Source of the DNA: Nemertoderma westbladi
Taxonomy: Eukaryota; Animalia; Xenacoelomorpha
Length of the DNA stretch: 48,879 nt
Direction of reading: 5' to 3'
NCBI GenBank assembly: GCA_032718475.1
Contig: JAUCBJ010007272.1
Span: 1 to 48,879 of the forward strand
The notes beneath the pieces are model-generated. The model saw only the letters and a list, made by a program, of their open reading frames with translations, made no database searches and was not told the origin of the DNA. Position numbers and translations under genes: made by a program. Below are positions 38,567-48,879 of the stretch, one piece after another; position 1 is the first letter of the stretch; each line of letters starts with the position of its first letter.

Positions 38567-38680
38567 GAAGAAGAATGGCCTCCTCATCTTACCACAGCAG
38601 AAATTAGACAGGCCAAGGGAGCGGAGAAAGTAACACAACAACTCAATCGCCCAGCTAGTCGTTTATGTTTACTGGAAAGA
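38567..38680 (+). pseudogene. Pol relic: end of the RNase H region fused to the extreme C-terminus of integrase
   Basis: After the stop the same frame reads EEEWP...LNRPASRLCLLE, matching the BEL ...WP and RPxxxLxxL terminal motifs. Confidence 0.7.
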
Positions 38681-40393
38681 GACCGAAAACTGTCCGGAAA
38701 CTATGGAAGGCAAGATACTCTTCCTACGACCACTTCCCTAATCCGACAAATATCTAGGGACTCCATAACGTAATAACATATGGAGTGGGCGTGTGACTAT
38801 ATCATTTTATATTTGTTTTTATTTTATATTTATGTATGTATTATTATGTACGTTATTATAATCGTTTTTATTTAATTTTATTTAGTAAAATGTTATTTTA
38901 GAATATTTAGTAAATTAGTGCAATATATTAGTGTTTATTACGTATTTAATTACTTGTAATATATTTAGTGCGAAGGCAAGAAATAATTATTTTCTCTTTC
39001 CTTACTGTCCGTATTATATTATAAATGCGAGACTATAGTAAGATGACATGTCAGTACTTCTTAAAGTACAATAAAGCCACTACTATATTTAAGTATTATT
39101 GGTAGGCAGAGTATTAGGAATGCAAAGTTCAGATCCTCGTGTCTCGGCTAAACCAAGCTCTGGGTAGACCTTGGAAACGACTTGCCTCTTCACACTGACA
39201 TTGCTTCGTGCGATATTGCTCTTCTACCTTATAACAAATAATACATATAGTAGCGTGATGTCCCTCTAACAGTAGCGTAAATCGCAAATAAATCTGTTAA
39301 ACTTTTTGACCATCTGTAATTCTAGTCGATTAAGATATCGTGGCACCCACCGATATACTTGAAAAACAAATTCTAGAATCAGTGGTTAACATCCCCAGAC
39401 AAGTTCTGGAATAAATCGGTGCCCATCCTAAATATTAATTTAATATTTATTAAAATCTGTAAAATCCCGATCCTTTAAAATTTCTAGTCAATTAAGATAT
39501 CGCAGTATTTACCGATATTCTTAGAAAGACTATTTTATAGAATTAAGGATCCTAAGTCCCCAGATATGCTCTGGAATAAAATTTGTGTCAATTTAACATC
39601 AAATAATAAAATTCACGGGAATAAATTTAAATTCATATTCAAATGAATTTCATAAATTGTCATTTTGTGCAATTTATAACATTCCCAAAATTCCAGTAAT
39701 TAATAGATCATGGGAGCGGAGATTCATATTGAGTGTACTAGAGTGCGAGAATCTCCAACATATAGTCAATAGCCGATAAAATTTATAAAATCATGCATAA
39801 AGAGGATATTGACAATTAAAGAATTACTATTAAATAGCATCCCAGATCTGTATGCATGAGAATTACCCTAATTCTACCGCTAGTTTTCCATAATGTCACC
39901 ATGGCAACACCCACGCTAGAATTAGAAGCAAGTTAAAGGAACAATAAAAAGCTTGCCCATTGCGTAGCATAAGAGTATACATAGCGCACTATTAGTATCC
40001 AAGGATACATAGTAATAACGTGACATTCTGGAAGACACTGACTAACGGACAAATGGTATGCATGTGTGCAGTAAGTAATGATTGTATGGAATTTGTGCGT
40101 TTATAGGTGAATGTTACTACTAAAGTGTGTTTACAGTAGCTAATCGCAATTGTAAAGTAGCCCTAACTCTACCGAGATAACCTCAAGTGGATTCAAGCCT
40201 TTGGGACGGACAGTGGTGGGACTTGTGCCGGTTATCGTTGTCGTGCTGTTGCTACATGTTGGCGTAAACACCGCGACAACGGTACATCGGCGCTGAGAAA
40301 CCCACTGTCCGGGGGCAAAAGCCTAGTAGGCAGCGACGCTCGCTTGCCTAAAATATTAACTCCTATTGATATTAATAAACTCAGATAGCAGAT

Positions 40394-43300
40394 ATGACGG
40401 AATTGATAGAGGATGACCTTGGTATCAGGGAGCGATATACTCTACCTTTGCAAGCGTTTGTGGATAGCTTGATACGCGGTGAAGCCGATCCGACTATTAC
40501 GGAGGACGATGGTCGTTATATCGAACCGCCGATGTCCCAGGAACAACTTACGCGTGAATTGGACTATAGAAAATTCACCGCTCGCTATACGAATCGTAAT
40601 GGTACGTATATGGACTTCTTAACTACCGGCCATCCTACCGATTTACATGATACGGAAGATGTAGACACCGAAAGGGAAATGGTTTTATTTAAATATCATG
40701 CCCAGCGGAATCGTAATGATAAACCGAGAATAGAACACGAGAACTCTATTCGCAACCTACTCGACAGAGAAAACGTTGAAGAACCCGATAAGCGTATCAA
40801 CTTCAACGACTACTTGGAATTTTTGAGAGAAACCTATCTCAATATTGCCAGTCAACAGAACCTAGAGACTCGATATCCTCAAGGTATACATCACGATCCC
40901 ATGGTAGAACTCAAACGACTCTATTTCACCATGATGTATCTTACCGCAGATCGTCCACTGCCTGTTGTCCCGGACAGCTTTGAACAAATGGAAGAGTATT
41001 GCAAAACTGGAGAACGATCACCCGCGTTTCCTCTGCAGGACGTACGTCTTTGGTATTATTGTGACTCATGTCCTAGACCTAACCAGCAAACGGAAAGACA
41101 TAAACATCCGCGGAGACGTTGTGCTAAACACAGTTTTACGCGTTATACTTACGGGAGTTTCGAGCGAAACCTGTTCGACGTATCACCTACGATCGCCCGT
41201 CTAAAACGATCGCTAAATAAACCCATGATCAGAGTTCCGGAATACTCGGTCAGGCCTCCCCATTTCCCCGTGAGACCTCAAACTCTTGATCCTAACAGTA
41301 TCACTGATCCTCCCGAGTTATACTCACTGTTCAAAGAATTGGTGTTACCCGAGCAGTTAATCGGTGGTGTTCCAGCGGTAGGTTCGTTAGATATTCGACC
41401 ATCCTATTTAACCGGATTGGGACGCGGGCATCTAACATCGCCATTTAATCCTTACAATCGGCCAGGATTAACTCCGATACAACCTGCCACGGAAGTCGAG
41501 GAGAGTGTCATCAGAAACGCTCTAGACGCCATCCGACAGAAAATCGGAAAGGGAACCCAGGATTTTCTAGAGAAACGTAAATTACAGCAGCAGATCCAAT
41601 CGGTCAAAGAGTTAGCCTTGCCGCAGTTTGATAGAGAAATCCAAAACCTCGAAGAGGACATCGAGCTTGGACGTACGTATTCCCTACAGGAGTTTCTAGA
41701 AGAACGCTTACAGAAACAAGCGGAGGAAAATCAACTAGAGGAGAAACATACGGAAATGGATGAGAGAGAAGAAGCCGCTTTAGCCCAACCCGAAGTTCAG
41801 ATACTCATAACCGATCTCTACTCTAAAACCGTCCGTCATCCCTCGATGGTTCCGCATTTCGGAGACAAACTTTTCGCAAAGATACAACCCCAACCGGTTG
41901 ATATCAGCATAAGATCGCAAAATCTTATCGCTGACGCTCCTATGCTACAGCGTCCGCCAATCGAGGCCGCTCGAGTTGACGGTATACTCGTTGAACCTCC
42001 GGACAATCGAGCGGATCTTGTCCGTCGTATGGTACACGATGTCAACATACGTGCTAGACCTTTACAGAACTCTTTTTATGGAATTAAAGATCACCCTTAT
42101 TACGTTAATCTGACTCAATATTATATGGTAAAACCAGAAGATCCGACGCATAATTTAAAGTTTCTACCACTAATAAATCCTCTGGACATTGTCGAACTCG
42201 AACAATTACAAAAACATCTGGATCAGTTAGTAAAGGTAAACTCATTTCGAAAACCATATAACGTTTCTCGAATAGAGAAGGATACAGAACCTCCTTATAA
42301 TCTCGATGGATTTATTAAAACTCGATTAGTCCATTGGAATCTAGACGTATTATTCGAGGAGGAGAAAATACAAAGATATGGAAATGTGGAGACGTATACC
42401 ACTCGATACATGAAGTATAGTGATCTCCCTGACGCTAATCAATGCGCCACCTTGTGGCATCCGGTAGGGATGACCCTCGAGAACGCCACCAAAGAGTGGA
42501 ATGAAACTCTTAATATCATTGAGATGTATGGCGTTGTTACTTACGATAACGAAGGTAGCGTTCCAATCAGAGAATTAGGAACTACGCGCATGATACATAT
42601 ACGCGGATTAGCTGGTTCCACTCACGTGTTTACGCGAGCGTGTTCCGACGTGATCGATTATTCCTTTGAAACTCTCACCGATACGCAAAAGAATCTCCGA
42701 CATGGACAATTCGAACTCGCGCAGCGTTACGTCATTGACACCGAACGCAAACCGGCCATGGGTATCGATGGATCGATGTTACCCCAGCCCGTTCTCGAGA
42801 TGTTATTCAACGAAAGAATCATTAAAATCGGCTCAGCTGTTTACGGAGATCTCCAAAACGACTTTCGGAATATGGAAAATATCCCCTATCCTTTCGTGGA
42901 TACTCAGCTGATAGCTCCTTGGGCCGAAGGCCGAGGTTTCTTTCGCACCATGTATGCTAATGCGTCTAGCAACATTACAAAGGTGCAACGAACTTCCATC
43001 GGACATCTTGCTTTTCAGGAATACGGATGGAATTTCAAGGTCGGAAATCCCATCAACTATCAACAAGTATACGGAGACCATTATTCTCGATTATACTTTG
43101 ACGGACCGTTGACCGCACCTGGCGCCGTGTATAGCTTCATGAGTGTTCCACTCCGCCCCTCCTTAGCTATCTACACGATCTTCGAAAACACCGCACTTTC
43201 CGGTTGGCTAGCCGATGTGTGCAGTCGTACTATACGCGCCCATCCATTAATCCTTGGGACCAAACTCGCTAAGCTAGATGAACATAATAAATTCATCCGC

Positions 43301-44647
43301 TTTGAATGTTTCCGACGGTTTTTAACCCCGTTTCGCAACGTGGATAGCCAATTCAAAGACCGCGCTTTGACCAAGCTCAGCTTAAGAGACTCGGCTGCGG
43401 AGAAGTTAGATAGCGCTGGATTTGCTATTTTCAAAGACATTTGTATAATAAACATGCACTCCTCTGTTATCCAAAGACCTCGAATCCCCACAGGTTATTC
43501 GGTCGTGGAAATTCAGACAGTAGGTCCACTTGAGGAGACGGCCATGCCTACCTCAACTATACAAGGGGAAGACGAACCCGTATGTTTAGAATCTGAAGAG
43601 ATTCAGCCCCCCACGTCTCGGAGTAGCGATAGCGACTACATATTGGAATGGTATCAAGGTCCACAGTGTCTTACTGCGTATGATTATCGCTATGCCAATT
43701 ATGTTTCTCGACAACGTTGTCGGCTGTGCGCATCGAGAGACCATATTACGTCTATGGACACCAACGATCTCTGTTCCTATTTCCACGAGCAACCGTCGAT
43801 GGAAATCTATTGTGCATATTGTCGGCTTAATAATTTGCACATTTTTGCTGTCTGCCCCCAATTTATGACTCAATGCCATCATTGTCAATTAAAAGGACAC
43901 GCCAGCTTTGATTGTCCCTTTAACCATGATTTAGAGAGCGTAGATGAAATGATTGTACTACGTTATATCAGAGCTTGGGAAGCGAACGCTGATTTACATT
44001 GTGATTCACGCCATCGCTATTACCCTGGACGCGCTTACGAAGGAGTTTATGCGTTCCATCCTTATTTGTTTGCCTCCGTCGAGCAGAAATCACGCCTATC
44101 AAGTTACGAACTACTGAAGCGCGTTGGAGAATGTATTTCAACCAAATATGTACGCAAATTTCTCAGGAGCATTAATCCGAGTGACATCAATTCTTACAAC
44201 TTAATAAACTTTATCCGTCAAGATCCGGCCTATGGAGACTTATTTGTCAACTCACACCCCGAGTTACAGGAAGTATATCGACGGCCTTACGAGTATCGAG
44301 CCCGCGAACGCGAGTTGGAAAGAACCATTAAACCAAGGAAGTTTCTAACTACCTATGGTCCACCCACGGCCCTCGTTCAGACCACTCGTAAAGGACCCGT
44401 AAGAGCGGCTGTCTTGAAACGAGCTCTCAAAGCCGTTAGACCCCTCTCCCCGGACGTGGATGTCAATCAACCCGGTACTTCGACCGGCGGATATACCGAT
44501 CGTAATCCCATACCTTCTGATGCAATCATATTGCACCCTTCACCCAGGAGTTATAGCCCTCCTCGTAAAGTGGCTCGCCCCAAAGAGAAAAGGACTCTTG
44601 CTAGCTTTAAAAAACTGCGTAAACGCCGTCCGCGCAAGAAAGACTAA
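40394..44647 (+). CDS. 1417-aa accessory protein with a DEDDy-like 3'-5' exonuclease domain, Cys/His zinc knuckles and a basic C-terminus
   Basis: VVTYDNEG (D718/E720), LPQPVLEMLFNERIIKIGSAVYGD (D819), FVDTQ, PLRPSLAIYTIFE (Y927/E931); CRLCASRDH, CAYCRLNNLHIFAVC, CHHCQLKGHASFDC; KKLRKRRPRKK. The ORF is certain; the domain call is by motif recognition. Confidence 0.8.
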   Translation: MTELIEDDLGIRERYTLPLQAFVDSLIRGEADPTITEDDGRYIEPPMSQEQLTRELDYRKFTARYTNRNGTYMDFLTTGHPTDLHDTEDVDTEREMVLFKYHAQRNRNDKPRIEHENSIRNLLDRENVEEPDKRINFNDYLEFLRETYLNIASQQNLETRYPQGIHHDPMVELKRLYFTMMYLTADRPLPVVPDSFEQMEEYCKTGERSPAFPLQDVRLWYYCDSCPRPNQQTERHKHPRRRCAKHSFTRYTYGSFERNLFDVSPTIARLKRSLNKPMIRVPEYSVRPPHFPVRPQTLDPNSITDPPELYSLFKELVLPEQLIGGVPAVGSLDIRPSYLTGLGRGHLTSPFNPYNRPGLTPIQPATEVEESVIRNALDAIRQKIGKGTQDFLEKRKLQQQIQSVKELALPQFDREIQNLEEDIELGRTYSLQEFLEERLQKQAEENQLEEKHTEMDEREEAALAQPEVQILITDLYSKTVRHPSMVPHFGDKLFAKIQPQPVDISIRSQNLIADAPMLQRPPIEAARVDGILVEPPDNRADLVRRMVHDVNIRARPLQNSFYGIKDHPYYVNLTQYYMVKPEDPTHNLKFLPLINPLDIVELEQLQKHLDQLVKVNSFRKPYNVSRIEKDTEPPYNLDGFIKTRLVHWNLDVLFEEEKIQRYGNVETYTTRYMKYSDLPDANQCATLWHPVGMTLENATKEWNETLNIIEMYGVVTYDNEGSVPIRELGTTRMIHIRGLAGSTHVFTRACSDVIDYSFETLTDTQKNLRHGQFELAQRYVIDTERKPAMGIDGSMLPQPVLEMLFNERIIKIGSAVYGDLQNDFRNMENIPYPFVDTQLIAPWAEGRGFFRTMYANASSNITKVQRTSIGHLAFQEYGWNFKVGNPINYQQVYGDHYSRLYFDGPLTAPGAVYSFMSVPLRPSLAIYTIFENTALSGWLADVCSRTIRAHPLILGTKLAKLDEHNKFIRFECFRRFLTPFRNVDSQFKDRALTKLSLRDSAAEKLDSAGFAIFKDICIINMHSSVIQRPRIPTGYSVVEIQTVGPLEETAMPTSTIQGEDEPVCLESEEIQPPTSRSSDSDYILEWYQGPQCLTAYDYRYANYVSRQRCRLCASRDHITSMDTNDLCSYFHEQPSMEIYCAYCRLNNLHIFAVCPQFMTQCHHCQLKGHASFDCPFNHDLESVDEMIVLRYIRAWEANADLHCDSRHRYYPGRAYEGVYAFHPYLFASVEQKSRLSSYELLKRVGECISTKYVRKFLRSINPSDINSYNLINFIRQDPAYGDLFVNSHPELQEVYRRPYEYRARERELERTIKPRKFLTTYGPPTALVQTTRKGPVRAAVLKRALKAVRPLSPDVDVNQPGTSTGGYTDRNPIPSDAIILHPSPRSYSPPRKVARPKEKRTLASFKKLRKRRPRKKD

Positions 44648-44725
44648 CTGTTTAGAGTATTTTTATATTTTAGAAACTGTGATTTTGTATATTTTATAGA
44701 CTTAAATCCCATTTTCTGGGAGCGG

Positions 44726-45889
44726 TGTAAAAGCTTTTGTGGGATAACTGATACGTTTGCCTTTGCTGGCCAGTTCCCCCCCGGTCGCTAGAATACTCTA
44801 AAAGGGATCTATAGTTAAAATAGTGCAAGCTACCAGCTTATTGGCTGATGTGCTGTACGGAGGTATCTGGGCTCCGTTTAATCGGCCAACCAGCTTAGGG
44901 AGGTTGCCTCAGCCCTGCTGCCCGTGTCGGCCAATAGAATTTGAGTGGGCGTTGATTTCGACCTATCCCAGAGCTACTGAACTGAATTTCCTATCTCTAT
45001 GCTCATCCTCTGTGTTGGACGGGAGCTTCGGGGAATAAGGGTAGTTGGTATCCTCGTATAGTCAGCTAGTCATATGATTCTTCATATGATTCTGTTGTTG
45101 TGTTCCCATTTTTCGCCATAACACCGGCTTTTTGGGAAGAACTCTAGTAAAACTGCTTAAATTATCGAAAGTATAACTGTTATCTAATCAGCTAATCATA
45201 TTGTTTGTACTGTTATTTACCGTCAGTTATTAATTGTATCTATTTGTTGATGAATTATTGCCCTTTGGAGAATACGGATAAATCACCCAAATTTCCCAAT
45301 TTTCTTGATACACTACAGGTTAGAGAGACAGGCTATACATAACAATTGCGATTTATATCAATGTGGTGTGTATTGAATCTAATGTTATTTAGCAGACCCT
45401 ACATGAGTCAATTGCTGCTCTCTTTATGTGTGATCAAATTTACTGACGGTCGGCAGAATAGTGTGCATGATTGTGATTGGTAACAAAGCATTTCCTAAAG
45501 AATGCGCCTTATACTTTAATCATAAGCAGTATCGTTGCGTTTAGTATAAGTCCTAGTTCTGTTTAAATAGATAGAGCGCCACGTCCTAAAGGAACTGTTA
45601 ATATTTCCCGAAAGCCAATAATATCTGTCAGAAATTAATTATTAACGATCTATCGAATAATACAATAGGTTTACACTGCAACCTTACACTGCAATAATAA
45701 AATTTAAGCAGCCGAATTCAGCCTCCCGGGTGTAGATCCATCGGGTGAATGATCGCGCATGGGCTGGCTTCGGGTAATGTTTTGTTTATTAGCATAAAAT
45801 ATTGTCGTATGCTAAAGGTGTTTTAATTAACTAAAAGACATATAAATTTTGGCAGGTTAAACTGCTAAAGGTCTTCAAAAGCGCGAACA
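44726..45889 (+). repeat. 3' LTR (1164 bp)
   Basis: By eye differs from the 5' LTR by 2 substitutions and a 1-nt indel; preceded by PPT 44718-44725. Confidence 0.96.
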
Positions 45890-46423
45890 ATTATTCAATA
45901 TTAAATTAATTTTATTAAAAATAATCTTTACTAAATTTTTTAGGAAACATTAATATACGTTAGAGTAAATGTAATTCATTAATTTATTGTATTTGGAAAA
46001 TATAACAGTAACTACTATACTACACACACATAAATAAAATAGAAAAACTGATTACACTAGTACAATTATTGAATAATTATTTCATTAAACTAAATAGAGT
46101 ACTTGACTAATGTTTTAAACTAAGCAAGTTATATAAGGAATTATTTTTTTTATTGTGAGTTTCAACAACTAACAGATAGAGACACAATTAATTTGGTTGC
46201 AATGGGAAGAAGTCCAGGAGAAGGTCACAAACGGTCAGATACCTATTACATTATAGTAAGTAATAGTAACATTTTTTAAGATTTACATAAGTTTGACATA
46301 GTAACAGCTTTTGTCCGGCTGTGAACGATTTAACAAATTTTTTATTAGTAAGCTAACACACTAAAGTAAATATTTCAAAATTGTAACGAAATTGCCACCA
46401 GGTACAGTTAGTGCTGAACTCAC

Positions 46424-46695
46424 CTCAAACATCTCCGTGAACAGTCAATGACTGACCGAACTTTCTGAGTAGTTATTACGTGGTTGATTAGTTTCGTATT
46501 AGCCAGGAATGAATTTGGCCCCTTTCCAAACTGCCAGTATCGCTGACAACTGGTACTAGTCTGATCCACATTGGAGTCAGTGCATGACGATAATGTCGTA
46601 ATGAGTGACAACATGAAAGTAGTCGAATACAATAGGACTATTCCATTGAATTTAATATTAATGTTTACATACATTTTTCCATGGTTTTGGTACAT
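46424..46695 (-). CDS. Lectin gene exon 1 (signal/TM segment and first half of PAN/Apple domain)
   Basis: Hydrophobic GIVLLYSTTFMLSLITTLSSC; KLINHVITTQKVRSVIDCSRRCL; donor AG|GTGAGT in phase 2 joins exon 2 to give CLSNKRCRSIN. The start could be at 46695 or 46674. Confidence 0.85.
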
Positions 46696-47489
46696 TATTT
46701 TTACGACATAGAATGTAGAGTAGATAGGCCCCTACTAATTCCAAGGCTCCTAGAATCTTAAATGCGACTAAAATTGACATGATTTGACAGACACTATAAT
46801 AAAGTAAAATATATGTTTACGTCTATTTATATTTTGTGGGCATTAAGTAACGCATTTCAGCATTGTAATGCAGATTGATCAGAGATCTCTAGCTGCGATA
46901 CATAGTGAAAGTGCCGTTTGTTTTGATTAAGTTTTTGTTTAAAGGAAATCACGGATCAAGCAGTGGTGGTAACAGACTCCGGAGGTTTATTTCAGAGTTT
47001 TGGCCGTCTTATGCAGATTACTACCATTTTTCTGGCAGTATAAGTGTTAGACTTTCCATGCAGTACTTCTACTGTAGTTGGTCACACTAGCCCGATGCCT
47101 AATCTAGGTGGGGCTGTAAAACTGTTGCATCCTACAATTATTTTACATTCTGATGTCCATGAAAGACACCGGGGGAATCCGATTCGGAATTGAATTCTTG
47201 ACATACATAGAATTCATAAACACACTGACACTACTTACTGCTTATATATATATGTATATTACGTAATTATTCAAATATTATGTGTCAAATTAATATCAAA
47301 TATACACTGCATAAATTCTAAGGTAGGACCTAATAATATGTCTCGATTCATAATTCTAACTTAGGACATTTCAAATAATATTTCTCGACAAAATAGTAAT
47401 GATCAGATCTAAAAACACTTGGGCCTAATATAAATGATAATTAAGAAATATATCTAGCTGAGACCTTAAATTCAGTTATCGCGGTGTTA

Positions 47490-48350
47490 TATGCATACAG
47501 GGACAGGAGTTATGTAAATATCTTGTTTAATTTAGACGTGAAGCTAATACTTCGCGGAATTTGCATTTCCAGATAGTCTGCTATTCCTTGTATATTATAT
47601 TCAAGTCTAAGATCTGAGGTTAGTGGGCAATCGGATATTACGTGACTCTCATCTTGGATTGATTTCCCATCGCAGGAGCATACCCGTTCCTCTCTTGGAA
47701 GTCTTGCCCACCTGTCTCTTTCCACACGTAGGTTGTGCGAGGAAAGTCTAAAGCGTGTCCAATCCACTCGCTAGTATTCTGGAACGTTGTATCCACGTGT
47801 CGAATATATGTCAGGTGTGGACAAGCTATTGTTCAGGAGTTTGTATGCTTGCCGCTTTGATGACGTGCTAATCGCGATCGGTTGCTGCAGTTTAACCCGC
47901 TCCCATTGTCGCATACTTCCTGGTTCGTCTAAGATGCTGACGAGGTCGTTGATATATTTACTAGAACTGGTCTTGTTGCTTAGGGCTATCTCAATACAAA
48001 TGTGTATTGGATCTACTAGTGAAGATCTATCCAAGATCGACTTGATGAATCGAGATTGGCGTTCTTTGAAATAAATTGGTGCGGATGGAATGCCTGATTC
48101 CACATATACAAGATCATTGCATGTTGTTTGGCGAACTCCTAATAACCTCTTCACCATTATATACAACCTCCGCCTCTTTTGATTTCTTCCACCATGTCTC
48201 GCATCCGTAAAAAACTCCTGCTGTGGCTGCTGCGTCAAAGACCTTCTTCTTAATCCAGAATGGTGCCTGTTCGTTGTTTTTCAGGAACATGGAGAATTTC
48301 AATATATGATATTGTTTAGATTTCAGATGCGATGCGATAAATATTAACAT
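47490..48350 (-). mobile_element. LINE 3' fragment (RTEX-like post-RT region)
   Basis: LLGVRQTTCNDLVYVESG and RFRLSSHNLRVERDRW...CSC...DESHVISDC; frameshifted. Confidence 0.75.
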
Positions 48351-48394
48351 TTGGGAATAAAATAAATGTAATTGCTAAACTACAGTTTTATTGT

Positions 48395-48879
48395 GTATTA
48401 TAATACTATACTTTATTATAATACTATACTTTATTATAATACTTATACTTTATTATAATACTATACTTATATTATATTATACTTATACTTATACTTATAA
48501 TACTATACTTTATTATTATACTATACTTATATTATAATACTATACTTTATTATAATACTTATACTTATACTTATATTATACTATACTTATACTTATACTA
48601 CTATACTTTATTATAATACTATACTTATACTTATAATACTATACTTATACTTATACTTATACTTATACTTATACTTATAATACTATACTTATACTTATAC
48701 TTATACTATACTTATACTTATACTACTATACTTATACTTATAATACTATACTTATACTTATATATACTTATACTTATACTTATACTACTATACTTATACT
48801 TATAATACTATACTTATACTTATACTACTATACTTATACTTATACTACTATACTTATACTTATACTTATACTTATACTT
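48395..48879. repeat. AT-rich compound microsatellite (TATACT-based)
   Basis: Reiterated TATACT / ATACTATACT units running to the window end. Confidence 0.95.

Larger units (their letters stand above)
30689..45889 (+). mobile_element. BEL/Pao LTR retroelement, 15.2 kb, pol-deleted, carrying an additional exonuclease ORF
   Basis: TG..CA LTR pair, ATTAT TSD (30684-30688 / 45890-45894), PPT GGGAGCGG before the 3' LTR, BEL-type Gag/protease ORF. Confidence 0.95.

Noticed and set aside
40394-44647. Envelope gene
   Set aside because: No evident signal peptide or transmembrane helix; has nuclease-like motifs, zinc knuckles and an NLS-like tail instead.

Overview
AT-rich eukaryotic (animal-like, probably invertebrate) genomic window made mostly of nested transposable elements, with two host genes. 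(1) An intronless, C-terminally truncated FBXO11-like F-box/beta-helix ORF (5576-6985, +). (2) A six-exon gene that the ORF track does not assemble (46695->12862, -), encoding a ~375-aa signal/TM - PAN/Apple - TSP1 - F-type lectin protein; all five introns are GT..AG and phase-compatible. The most unusual object sits in intron 1 of that gene: a very young 15.2-kb BEL/Pao LTR element (30689-45889, ATTAT TSD, LTRs differing at about 3 positions). It keeps an intact Gag-protease ORF but has lost RT, most of RNase H and integrase, and carries a second intact 1417-aa ORF with a WRN/EXD/Mut-7-like DEDDy 3'-5' exonuclease domain and CCHC-type zinc knuckles. Other elements with ends/TSDs read from the sequence: a Sola-like transposon containing a 48-bp minisatellite, Academ-like elements, a MULE>L2/CR1>RTE nest, several RTE copies (one with a 72-bp TSD), a tRNA-derived SINE, a solo LTR and a double-hairpin element. 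Family assignments come from motif recognition by eye, not database searches.
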